Source: an uncultured delta proteobacterium
Lineage (GTDB): Bacteria > Desulfobacterota > Binatia > Binatales > Binataceae
Length of the DNA stretch: 64,000 nucleotides
Assembly (NCBI GenBank): GCA_963842085.1
Contig: CAWJET010000002.1
Location: forward strand, 96,001-160,000
Direction: 5' to 3'
Below the pieces are notes generated by a model. It searched no databases. It was not told the origin of the DNA and was given only the letters and a program-made list of their open reading frames with translations. Made by a program: the position numbers and the translations under genes. Shown here piece by piece: positions 9,216-18,010 of this stretch. Position 1 is the stretch's first letter. Each line of letters opens with the position of its first letter.

Positions 9216-9397
9216 CAGAGAACAGAATCCTGAATCGCGCGCTAAAAAAAGCGCGCTGGACAATCCCCCTCACCCGCGTCTTCGGCGCGGCCTCTCCCGC
9301 AACCAAGCGGGCGAGGCAGGTATTCAGTGGCGGGGAACGCGACGCCCTAACTCGACCCTCACCTGTCTCCTCTCCCTTACAGGGAGAGGAGACAGAC
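9216..9397 (-). repeat. family A repeat cluster upstream of DUF559
   Basis: CAGAATCCTGAATCGCGCGC arm plus two CCTCTCCC...GGG(A/C)GAGG hairpins. Confidence 0.8.
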
Positions 9398-9413
9398 TAG
9401 TGGCTATTAGCTA

Positions 9414-10937
9414 ATGAATGAACCACTCTCAATACTACTTCCATATCAACGCCGATGGCTCGCCGACCAATCGCAAGTCAAGGTCAGCGAGAAGTCGCGC
9501 CGAATCGGGATTACCTGGACCGAAGCCGCCGACCGCGCGCTTGCGGCTGCCACCGGCGGACGCGCTGGCATAGACGGCTGGTATATCGGCTACAACAAGG
9601 ACATGGCGCTCGAGTTCGTCGAGGCGGCGGCGCGATGGGCGCGGCGCTTCAACCGTGCAGCGGAGGCGGTCGAAGAGATCGTGCTCGCGGACGAGCGCGC
9701 CGATATCCTGGCGTACCGGATCCGCTTCGCCTCGGGGCATAAGATCGTGGCGCTGTCGTCGCGGCCGTCGAATCTGCGCGGCAAGGACGGCTGCGCGGTG
9801 ATCGACGAGGCCGCGTTCCACGAGGACCTGCCGGGGCTGCTGAAAGCAGCGCTCGCGTTCACCATGTGGGGCGGCCTGGTGCGGATAATCAGTACTCACA
9901 ACGGCGCGCAAAATGCCTTCAATGAACTAGTCAGTGAGATTCGCGCGGGTAGAAGGCCATACTCACTCCATCGTACTACTTTCGACGACGCGTTAGCCGA
10001 CGGGCTATACAAAAAGATCTGCGAGCAGGGCGAAACCGAGTGGAGCGAGGAGAAACAGCGCGAGTGGCGCCAGCAGATTATCGACTACTACGGCGACAAC
10101 GTCGGCGAGGAGCTGTTCTGCATCCCGCGCGCGGCGTCGGGGGCGTACCTTAGCTCGGTGCTGATCGAGGCGCGGATGAAGGCCGGGATCCCGATCCTGC
10201 GCTGGGAGATGCCGGCGGAATTTTCGGGGCGTCCGGAAGCGCAGCGTTATTCGGAAACCGAGGCGTGGTGCGAGGATAACATTGGTCCCGCATTAGCCGC
10301 GCTCGAGCCGACGCTGGCAAGTTTCTTCGGCGAGGATTTCGGGCGCTCGGGAGACCTGACGGTCATCTGGCCCTTGCAAATCGCGCCCAACCTGACGCGG
10401 CGGACGCCGTTCGTGGTCGAGCTGCGCAATATCCCGTTTCGAAACCAGGAGCAGGTGCTGTTTTATATTGTCGACCGGCTGCCGCGCTTCACTACCGGCG
10501 CGATGGACGCGCGCGGCAACGGACAATACCTGGCGGAGACGGCGGCGCAGCGCTACGGCGCGCGAATCGTGCAAGTGATGCTGTCGGAGTCGTGGTACCG
10601 CGAAAATATGCCGCGCTACAAGGCGGCGTTCGAGGACGGCACGCTCGAAATTCCGAAAGACGCCGACGTGCTCGCGGACCATCGCGCGATCGTGCTCGAG
10701 CAGGGCGTGGCGAAGGTGTCGGAGCGGCGGGCGGGGAGCGACGGCAAGGGACGGCATGGCGACTCGGCGATGGCGGCGGCGCTGGCGTTCTTCGCGTCGC
10801 GCGCGGACGCCGGGAAGATCGCGTACATCCCGGCGCGCACGTCGTGGATGAGCGGAGGGCTCGAGGGGCGTGGGAATCCGTTCGGGGCGCCGCCGATGGA
10901 GGAGGATTCATTGGGGGGACGAATGCGTGGATTTTAG
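9414..10937 (+). CDS. Mu gp28-like terminase large subunit
   Basis: LLPYQRRW, EKSRRIGITW, DEAAFH, ISTHNG, GEDFGRSGDL, RHGDSAMA. Confidence 0.95.
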   Translation: MNEPLSILLPYQRRWLADQSQVKVSEKSRRIGITWTEAADRALAAATGGRAGIDGWYIGYNKDMALEFVEAAARWARRFNRAAEAVEEIVLADERADILAYRIRFASGHKIVALSSRPSNLRGKDGCAVIDEAAFHEDLPGLLKAALAFTMWGGLVRIISTHNGAQNAFNELVSEIRAGRRPYSLHRTTFDDALADGLYKKICEQGETEWSEEKQREWRQQIIDYYGDNVGEELFCIPRAASGAYLSSVLIEARMKAGIPILRWEMPAEFSGRPEAQRYSETEAWCEDNIGPALAALEPTLASFFGEDFGRSGDLTVIWPLQIAPNLTRRTPFVVELRNIPFRNQEQVLFYIVDRLPRFTTGAMDARGNGQYLAETAAQRYGARIVQVMLSESWYRENMPRYKAAFEDGTLEIPKDADVLADHRAIVLEQGVAKVSERRAGSDGKGRHGDSAMAAALAFFASRADAGKIAYIPARTSWMSGGLEGRGNPFGAPPMEEDSLGGRMRGF

Positions 10938-10950
10938 GAACGTAATCTTA

Positions 10951-11005
10951 TGTGAAACCCGCGGTGGGTTTCACGCTTCCTTCGGCAGGGGTGACCCCTG
11001 CACCC
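10951..11005 (+). repeat. repeat family B (GTGAAACC-N-GGTTTCAC + GCAGGGGTGACCCCTGC double hairpin)
   Basis: Copies at 12591-12644, 14962-15016, 23639-23691, 57834-57902 and partial 20202-20232. Confidence 0.9.
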
Positions 11006-11048
11006 GTCCTTCTCTCTTCCGTGAAATAACGGGCGAGGCAAGAAAAAG

Positions 11049-11198
11049 ATGAATAGCTACTGGAGATGGAAATGCGAGGAGTGCGGGTACGAGTTTATTC
11101 TCGCGCTCGTTCGGCTGCCGCAACCCTGCCATCGATGCGGGAGCGAGTGGTTTTTGAAGATTGGCGAGGCCGCATCGAAGGAACATACAACTGACTAA
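11049..11198 (+). CDS. 49-aa zinc-ribbon protein (below ORF-track cutoff)
   Basis: Manual translation MNSYWRWKCEECGYEFILALVRLPQPCHRCGSEWFLKIGEAASKEHTTD*; CxxC-x14-CxxC. Confidence 0.6.
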   Translation: MNSYWRWKCEECGYEFILALVRLPQPCHRCGSEWFLKIGEAASKEHTTD

Positions 11199-11215
11199 TC
11201 ATCCGGAGAGCAACC

Positions 11216-12589
11216 ATGAAACTTTACGATGCTTACGGTCGCGAAGTAGATACCGGGATGCTGCGGGAAGAGCAGGCGGCGCCGACGATGGCAGGTGTGC
11301 GAAACATATATTCCGTGATGCATCCGTCGATCGGACTGACGCCGGAACGATTGACGGGAATTCTCCAGCAAGCCGAGTTTGGAGATCCGTATCTGTATCT
11401 CGAACTGGCCGAGGAGGTCGAGGAGAAGGATCTACATTACCTGGCCGTGCTGGGGACGCGGAAGAACGCGGTCGCGCAACTGGACCTGGTGGTGCGGGCG
11501 GCGTCGAGCGGGGCTGACGATCAGCGCGCGGCGACGATGGTGCGCGAGATGCTGGTCGAGGGACCGATACAGCTCGACAGCGTGCTGTTCGACGTGCTCG
11601 ACGCGGTGGGCAAGGGATTCTCGGCGACCGAGATAATGTGGGATACGACAGGGCGCGAATGGTTTCCGGCACAGTTGAAATGGCGCGACCCGCGCTGGTT
11701 CGCGTTCGACTGGATCTCGGGCGAGGAGATCCTGGTGCGGACGCTGAAGGGCGAGATAATCCCGGTCGAGAGCGACGCGCAGGTGCGGCAACCGACGCAT
11801 TTCGGCGGCAACGGATTGTACGCGTCGATGAGGCCGGGAATTGGAATACAGCCGATGACGGCGCCGCTGGCGCCGTACAAGTTCATCACTCATTTCGCGA
11901 AGGCGAAAGCCGGCCTGCCGATACGCGGCGGACTGGCGCGCGCGGCCGGGTGGGCCTACCTGTTCAAGAACTACGTACTAAAGGACTGGGTAACGTTCAC
12001 CGAGGTATTCGGGCAGCCGCTGAGAGTCGGCAAATACCATCCGGGGGCGTCGGAACAGGACAAGCAGGAATTACTCACTGCAGTGTCGCGAATAGGCACT
12101 GACGCGGCGGCGATAATGCCGGAGTCGATGGTAATAGAGTTTACCGAGGCGCATCAGAATGGCAGTTCGGAACTATATCAGAGCTTTTGCGAATACCTAG
12201 ATGCGCAGGTGAGTAAGGCAGTGCTCGGGCAGACATTGACTACTGAAATGCCTAAGTCAGGAGGGTCGCGAGCCGCCGCGCAAGTGCATGATGCGGTCCG
12301 CCGCGACATCCTGAGCGCGGATGCGCGGCGATTGGCGGCGACGCTCGCGCGCGATCTGGTACGGCCGATCGTCGAACTGAACATGGGGCCGCAAAAGCGT
12401 TATCCAACGATCGAGCTGGGACTGCCGGATGATAGCGATGTGAAAGTGTTCGCGGAGATCGTCGCGATGCTGGCGGATCGGGGACTGAGAGTCGGGCAGA
12501 AGACGATACTCGACAAGTTGGGAATCGCAGAGGCGGGGAAGGGAGAGGCGGTGCTGGGGGCGATCAAGAGGACGGAGGAACTCAATTAA
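11216..12589 (+). CDS. Mu gp29-like (DUF935) portal protein
   Basis: LELAEEVEEKDLHY, DAVGKGFSATEI, FGQPLRVGKY, VSKAVLGQTLT, AQVHDAVRRDI; GGAG RBS. Confidence 0.95.
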   Translation: MKLYDAYGREVDTGMLREEQAAPTMAGVRNIYSVMHPSIGLTPERLTGILQQAEFGDPYLYLELAEEVEEKDLHYLAVLGTRKNAVAQLDLVVRAASSGADDQRAATMVREMLVEGPIQLDSVLFDVLDAVGKGFSATEIMWDTTGREWFPAQLKWRDPRWFAFDWISGEEILVRTLKGEIIPVESDAQVRQPTHFGGNGLYASMRPGIGIQPMTAPLAPYKFITHFAKAKAGLPIRGGLARAAGWAYLFKNYVLKDWVTFTEVFGQPLRVGKYHPGASEQDKQELLTAVSRIGTDAAAIMPESMVIEFTEAHQNGSSELYQSFCEYLDAQVSKAVLGQTLTTEMPKSGGSRAAAQVHDAVRRDILSADARRLAATLARDLVRPIVELNMGPQKRYPTIELGLPDDSDVKVFAEIVAMLADRGLRVGQKTILDKLGIAEAGKGEAVLGAIKRTEELN

Positions 12590-12590
12590 A

Positions 12591-12644
12591 TGTGAAACCG
12601 TACGCCGGTTTCACGCTTCCGCGGCAGGGGTGACCCCTGCACCC
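12591..12644 (+). repeat. repeat family B copy abutting portal stop
   Basis: TGTGAAACCG...CGGTTTCACGCTTCC...GCAGGGGTGACCCCTGCACCC. Confidence 0.9.
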
Positions 12645-12746
12645 AGTATTGAGAAGGATGCGGGGCTTCGCCCCTGTAAGAAGTGGGTTGGGGGATGTTT
12701 CCCGCGGCTGGCGTCATTTGTCGCCAGCCGCTGACGTGTTGGGGAT

Positions 12747-13565
12747 TCAACGTTTTGTGCGGAGGCGGTCCTTGATTTGTTTAACGGCGGCGCGGCGGGC
12801 GCGGCGGCGGTGTTTCATCTCGAGGAAGATGTCGTCGTAGATTAGTTTGCGGATGGCGAAGCCGGAGTTGGGGAATTTGATGGCGGCGTCGCCGGGACGT
12901 CGGCGATAGCGGAAGACCTGGACGCCGTTCCACCAGGTGGGCGAGTGATTGCGCGGCGTGCGCAAATCCAAAACAAGTTCGAAACCAGGCAGGGCGCGCG
13001 CGACGAGGTTATTGGCGGAGCGGGCGGCGCGCTTGTTGGTGTCGTCGATGATGACTACTGCGTCGTCGGCGAGGTGCGGGATGGCGAGGGCGACGCCGTC
13101 GTACTGATCGCGAAAGGAGTGGCCGCCGTCGTAGAAGTAGGCGCCGACGCGCGCGGGGGTCCACGGCGCGGCGGCGAGGAAGGTGCGGAAGTCCATGTCG
13201 AGGAAGGTGACCTGGGCGGGCGCGGTGTGCGCGTCGAGCGTGCGGCGAAGCGCGTCGGCGGCGCCGTCGAACTGCGAGAAATTGTCGCATGCGAAGATGC
13301 GCGCGTGCGGGTTGGAGGCGGCGGCGCCGACCAGGCTGGCACCTTTGTAGCATCCCACCTCGACGTAAACTTCGCTTTCGTTGTCGAGCGAGGCGACAGC
13401 GCAATTGAGCAGGCGGAGCTTGTTCTCGGTGGCCATCCCGGGAATTTCGACGAGGATGCGCGAGAGCGAGCGATCGGCGGGGTGAGTCGAGCGGGCGAGG
13501 CGGCGCGGGTCGGCAAACTCGGGCCACTGCGCGCGGCATCGCTCGAGGAAAGCGTCAAAGTGCAT
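12747..13565 (-). CDS. class I SAM-dependent methyltransferase (Methyltransf_24-like)
   Basis: YVEVGCYKGAS, YFYDGGH, VIIDD, WWNG motifs. Confidence 0.85.
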   Translation of the reverse strand: MHFDAFLERCRAQWPEFADPRRLARSTHPADRSLSRILVEIPGMATENKLRLLNCAVASLDNESEVYVEVGCYKGASLVGAAASNPHARIFACDNFSQFDGAADALRRTLDAHTAPAQVTFLDMDFRTFLAAAPWTPARVGAYFYDGGHSFRDQYDGVALAIPHLADDAVVIIDDTNKRAARSANNLVARALPGFELVLDLRTPRNHSPTWWNGVQVFRYRRRPGDAAIKFPNSGFAIRKLIYDDIFLEMKHRRRARRAAVKQIKDRLRTKR

Positions 13566-13613
13566 TTTTTTAGAAAGGTGTGTCGATCAATGCGACGAGC
13601 AGCGCGGTGAGCG

Positions 13614-14096
13614 TCACCAGTACATCGCAGGGCCCATCGGACCGACGAGGCCCATGCCGTATGGATTGAACATCTCCGCCTGCATGTCCATCTCTTCCAT
13701 CTGCTGGGCTTCGAGGTTCTGCCGGGAGATCTCGCCTTCCTTTGCCTGGAACTGCTCGTTGAGTTTCAACTTCTCATACTTCTGATAATCCTGCTCGCTG
13801 CCGATGTACATACATTTACAGTAATCCGGATCGGCCATGTAGTAGTGCAGGTTGCCGGTCTTGCCGACATAGTAACTCACCTGGAGCGGAGCCAGCGACT
13901 GCAGTTGCTGTTGACGCTGGGGAGTGTCGGCGGGGAGCATCCGGAAGCCGGCCGCGGAGAGCATCGGCTCGAGCTGCTCGGCCTGCTGCTCGGGAGTCGG
14001 CGGTTGGGGCTGGAGCGAACCGCATCCGAAGAGTGCGGACGAGAACGCGGCAATCAGGCAGGCGAGGGCGATTGAAGTGGAGGGGTGTTGCGGCAT
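13614..14096 (-). CDS. lipoprotein
   Basis: LFGC lipobox; LSAAGF and ADPDYCKCMYIG motifs; AAGGA RBS. Confidence 0.75.
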   Translation of the reverse strand: MPQHPSTSIALACLIAAFSSALFGCGSLQPQPPTPEQQAEQLEPMLSAAGFRMLPADTPQRQQQLQSLAPLQVSYYVGKTGNLHYYMADPDYCKCMYIGSEQDYQKYEKLKLNEQFQAKEGEISRQNLEAQQMEEMDMQAEMFNPYGMGLVGPMGPAMYW

Positions 14097-14116
14097 TAGT
14101 TCCTTTGGTCGATGCG

Positions 14117-14150
14117 GAGAAAAGAGGGGCGGCCGCTGCGGGCCGCCCCT
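14117..14150 (-). terminator. rho-independent terminator
   Basis: AGGGGCGGCC/GGCCGCCCCT stem followed by CTTTTCT on the minus strand, just after CDS 14159. Confidence 0.6.
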
Positions 14151-14158
14151 GGAGCCAA

Positions 14159-14821
14159 TCAGGGGACCGAGTTGGCGGTGTTTCCGTTGGCGTCGAACAA
14201 CGTCAGCGCGCCGGCGCCGTCCGCATTCAGCGTGAGCGAGGCGCGCGTCTTGCCGTCGGCGCCAAGCAATGCGAGGCCGGGCAATCCGTCGGGCGTCACG
14301 TCGAGACCGACGCGCGCGCGATGCGGGTCGGCAAGGCGCAGCGTGGGAGAGCCGTTGGAAGCCACGATGATCGAGGCGCGCGGATTGCCTTCCCGGTCCA
14401 TCAGGCCGAGGCCGGACTGGCCGTCGGGCGCGACGCCGAGCGTGGCTTGCGGCTTGGCGTCGGCGTCGAAGAGCACGACGCGGGCGACGCCGCCGGTGAG
14501 TCCGACTTCGGCGCGCGGCTTGCCGTCATCGCCATAGATGCCGAGAGCAGGGGCGCCACGGGAGGCGACGCCAAGACCGGCGCGCAAGGTGCCGCTGCCA
14601 TCGAAGATGGCGATTTGCGCGACGTTTTTGCGGGTGACGCTGAACTCGCCGCGGGTCTTGCCGTGGGCATCCACCAGCATGAACTTCTGCGCGGTGACGA
14701 GCCTGGGAGCGGAGGCGGCGTCGACGGTGCGGGCGGCAAAGATATGGCCGGATACGGCGCCTCCGACGAGCGCGGCGGCGAGAGTTAGGGTGACAAACCC
14801 GATTCGCTCTTTGACTGTCAT
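14159..14821 (-). CDS. secreted protein with ~22-aa tandem repeats
   Basis: Start MTVKERIGF (GGAG RBS), N-terminal hydrophobic segment; repeats like LxLFDxxGKxRAxLGVxxDG. Confidence 0.75.
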   Translation of the reverse strand: MTVKERIGFVTLTLAAALVGGAVSGHIFAARTVDAASAPRLVTAQKFMLVDAHGKTRGEFSVTRKNVAQIAIFDGSGTLRAGLGVASRGAPALGIYGDDGKPRAEVGLTGGVARVVLFDADAKPQATLGVAPDGQSGLGLMDREGNPRASIIVASNGSPTLRLADPHRARVGLDVTPDGLPGLALLGADGKTRASLTLNADGAGALTLFDANGNTANSVP

Positions 14822-14961
14822 GATCGCGGTCTCCTTTCCGGTACCGATGGTTAGGCGATTTTCGGGGTGAAGATTAGCAGGCTTGGTGGGGAGGTTACAA
14901 AACGTGCGGGTCGGGGGCGAGGGCGGTGGAGAGTGGCAGAGGAAAGGGGAAATCAATTGAA

Positions 14962-15016
14962 TGTGAAACCCGCAGTGGGTTTCACGCTTCCTTCGGCAGG
15001 GGTGACCCCTGCACCC
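14962..15016 (+). repeat. repeat family B copy
   Basis: Near-identical to 10951-11005. Confidence 0.9.
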
Positions 15017-15021
15017 AATTA

Positions 15022-15255
15022 CTAAAGACAGGATGTGACTTCGCCCTGGCCACGGTGGGCAATCGCCCGACGGTCTTCCGTCGTGGAGGCCGGTCTGAAG
15101 AGAGCGATCCACGATAGCGCATAGAAGAGCGCGACCAATATCAATATCGATTTCATTCCGGTCCACATCGAAATCGATTCGAGCATCCCGCCCAAGAGCG
15201 CGCCCAGGAGATTCGAACCGAGTGCGTCGCTGCTAAATTCGATTTGGAGAAATTC
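15022..15255 (-). pseudogene. C-terminal remnant of a spermidine-synthase-like membrane protein
   Basis: ALGSNLLGALLGGMLESISMWTGMKSILILVALFYALSW resembles the terminal TM hairpin of that family; no N-terminus present. Confidence 0.5.
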
Positions 15256-15292
15256 CGAAGGGCGATCAAGCCACTTACGCGACGAAGAAGCG

Positions 15293-15631
15293 CTAAGCAG
15301 TTTTACGCGCAGCCTGTTTACCAAGCTTCTTTTTGATTTCACGCGACCGCGACGAAATAATATCGCGAACCAACGCCGAGTCAAAAGGATCGATCCCTTC
15401 AATCTTCACTTTGGCCAGTAGTCCATCCTCACCATACAGTTTGGCGAGCATACCGAAGGATTCGTCAAAAAATGATACGGAGGTAATCTGCATCCCCGTA
15501 AAATCTACGATAACTGGAAGCGAGTCATGAGCGATCGCTTCCTCAATCAAGATTCGCATCTTCTGGCCATGTTCTCGCGAAACCACGTCATCGCCCAATT
15601 GTGTTTTAACTTCAATACGTTTCATTGCCAT
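15293..15631 (-). CDS. STAS-like (DUF4325) protein
   Basis: VVSREHG, VIVDFTGMQITSVSFFDESFG. Confidence 0.85.
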   Translation of the reverse strand: MAMKRIEVKTQLGDDVVSREHGQKMRILIEEAIAHDSLPVIVDFTGMQITSVSFFDESFGMLAKLYGEDGLLAKVKIEGIDPFDSALVRDIISSRSREIKKKLGKQAARKTA

Positions 15632-16520
15632 TGTCCTCATCCCCCAGAACATACAATCCTCTCTGGGTAGGAACGAGCGAAAGAAAAACTGCTGTACCGG
15701 GAAATATTCCATCGATCTTGTCTGTCTTCGGTCGGCGGTCTGGTCGAAAACGAACTCTACCCTTACCTGATATTATAGTCATTGTACCGCCGTTGACACG
15801 GACGAAGCGACGAATAACGTCCAAACCCCGACCACGATTGGTGGCGACCGCAGAAACCCCCGGCTCTGTCGCTAATTCGATGAGGTGCGGATCGCTTCTC
15901 ATGCGACGATACCTTTCCACGCCACGCAAACTCGTCGGTATTCCCTTCCCTAAATCGAGCAGACAGAGCGTTATTCGATTTCGATATTTGTGGCCAGAGA
16001 CCCAGGCCCCCGTCCCCGAGCCAGAATGTTCGGCGAAATTTTGCACCAATTCAAGAAGCGACATTCGCATCGAAGGCTTTAGACCCGGAGCAAACGGCTG
16101 CAACGATTCGAGGAAATTTAAGAGACCGTCTATGAACAGCGGTTCGAGTTCCTGTATGTGAACCAAATCAACGCGATTTCGGTCCGGTTGTCTGGGCCTG
16201 AACTGATCTCCCAAGCCGATAGATTCGTAGAAGCCAGCATTCTGCAAATATGCATGTACATTCGCCCTGGTTGGTGGGCGAACCAAAATCTTTGTGATGG
16301 CCTCCTGACCGCTGCATCGATCCAAACAAGCCGCAAGATACGTCAAGCCGAAGGAATCCAAAAACTCCACCGAGGACAAATCAACCAAAAGTTCCCGTGG
16401 CATTTCTGGCGCAAGCAGCGGCAACGTCTGGCGCAGAAGCGGGTTTGCCCAACCAATGGTGGAAAGTCTGTAGAACGGGAACCGAGGCGGTCCCATTAAT
16501 ATTTCCGTGCCAAGTCCCAT
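15612..16520 (-). CDS. STAS + HATPase (anti-sigma/kinase-like) ATP-binding protein
   Basis: VDLSSVEFLDSFG STAS motif; ELVQNFAEHS, DLGKGI, GRGL, GTAV GHKL boxes. Confidence 0.85.
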   Translation of the reverse strand: MGLGTEILMGPPRFPFYRLSTIGWANPLLRQTLPLLAPEMPRELLVDLSSVEFLDSFGLTYLAACLDRCSGQEAITKILVRPPTRANVHAYLQNAGFYESIGLGDQFRPRQPDRNRVDLVHIQELEPLFIDGLLNFLESLQPFAPGLKPSMRMSLLELVQNFAEHSGSGTGAWVSGHKYRNRITLCLLDLGKGIPTSLRGVERYRRMRSDPHLIELATEPGVSAVATNRGRGLDVIRRFVRVNGGTMTIISGKGRVRFRPDRRPKTDKIDGIFPGTAVFLSLVPTQRGLYVLGDEDNGNETY

Positions 16521-16562
16521 GCGAGAGGGACATTAAACACTGGAACGCGCACCGATGCCAAG

Positions 16563-17459
16563 TCACTGCGCCAACGGTAATGTCACGTTGCCGTAATCGG
16601 TTCGCAGTTGGTTAAAATGCGGACCGCCCGCGATCACGTCGCGCACCATCGTCGAAATCACATCGATTCCCTTGTTGAACACGTCTAGCGCGTCATCCTC
16701 TTCCAGCTTGACGATTTCAGGATGCGACAGCGGGTTCCGATAGATTTCGCAGAGCGCCGCGAGCGTCGGCGCAATCAGTGGAAGTTTACCTACCGGAGTG
16801 TGGGCGCTTTTCAGTTTGGGCAACAGTTCATTCAGCTTGAATGCGATCTCGCCCAAAGCAAGATACCGTCGTTTGTTGTCAGATCGCGTACCAGCCGCTG
16901 GATTCCCTGTCACCAACTCAAAATATCTACGTGATGTATCTTCGACGGCTCGCATAGTGTGGAACCCACTCGAAGTAAAGTGATCGAACGCGAGCGCCGC
17001 GCTTGCATCTTGAAGATTGCTGACAGTGAAATCTGAAAGATATGGGAACACGCGAGCGGGTATAAGTTTGTTGATGGCGTTAATCAGTGTCGATGGCGAA
17101 TACCCATGCTTTTCTTCGAGAATGAAGACGTGCGCTTTCCCCAGTTCCTGCGCTAGTAGAGTCTGAAATCGATTGGTCCAGTGGACGATTGCCATGCGAA
17201 CAGCAATGGTCGTCACAGTATTCGGGTTTTCCCGGTAGCCATTTCTGATCACTTCCAACACATTGATCAGAGCAGTGGCACCTTCAACAGAATCAGGAAG
17301 ATTACGGATATTTTGCTCCGCATCCCTGAAATTCGTGAGCAACTGAATCGCTTTACTGATGTTCGGATCATAGATAGAGAACAGATAGCCGTCGGCCATC
17401 GCGAAGAGACTTGCGATCGATCCCAAGTTGTAAAGAAAGTACCCGTTTACTGGTTGCAT
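16563..17459 (-). CDS. hypothetical protein with HEPN-like motif
   Basis: Lower GC; GFHTMRAVE and RNPLSH (Rx4H). Confidence 0.65.
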   Translation of the reverse strand: MQPVNGYFLYNLGSIASLFAMADGYLFSIYDPNISKAIQLLTNFRDAEQNIRNLPDSVEGATALINVLEVIRNGYRENPNTVTTIAVRMAIVHWTNRFQTLLAQELGKAHVFILEEKHGYSPSTLINAINKLIPARVFPYLSDFTVSNLQDASAALAFDHFTSSGFHTMRAVEDTSRRYFELVTGNPAAGTRSDNKRRYLALGEIAFKLNELLPKLKSAHTPVGKLPLIAPTLAALCEIYRNPLSHPEIVKLEEDDALDVFNKGIDVISTMVRDVIAGGPHFNQLRTDYGNVTLPLAQ

Positions 17460-17635
17460 GGATTCCCCTTTGCGTCGCTCGCCAAACAGCCAAGGGGAGC
17501 ATAGTAGATCGCTCGCGTTCGTCGGAACTTGAATTTTGTAGTCGTACTGTTCCCCGTCAGCACAAGTTGGACAATTCGAGGCGATTGAGGAAGAGAGGGT
17601 TTTTGGCTCATCTTTAACCGCGGAAGGAGCGGTAG

Positions 17636-18010
17636 ATGAGATCGAAAATCGATGCGCAGTCGGATGGGGCGGAAAAGGCGGTACGCGACATAAGGCGGGC
17701 GACCCGCCGGCACTTCTCGGCTGAGGACAAGGTCCGGATCGTGATCGCCGGCCTGCGCGGCGAGGATAGCGTGGCCGAGTTGTGCCGCAAGGAAGGGATC
17801 AACCAGAACCTCTACTATCGCTGGTCCAAGGACTTCCTGGAGGCGGGCAAGAGGCGGCTGGCCGGCGATACCGCGCGTGAAGCGACCAGCGATGAAGTCA
17901 AGGAGCTGCGGGCGGAGAGCCATCAGCTCAAGGAACTGCTGGCCGAACTGATGATGGAGAACCGCCTGCTCAAAAAAAGCGTGCTGGCGGATGGGGAGTC
18001 CGATATATGA
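17636..18010 (+). CDS. IS transposase OrfA
   Basis: HTH (SVAELCRKEGINQNLYYRW); A7G slippery site at 17972-17979. Confidence 0.9.
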   Translation: MRSKIDAQSDGAEKAVRDIRRATRRHFSAEDKVRIVIAGLRGEDSVAELCRKEGINQNLYYRWSKDFLEAGKRRLAGDTAREATSDEVKELRAESHQLKELLAELMMENRLLKKSVLADGESDI

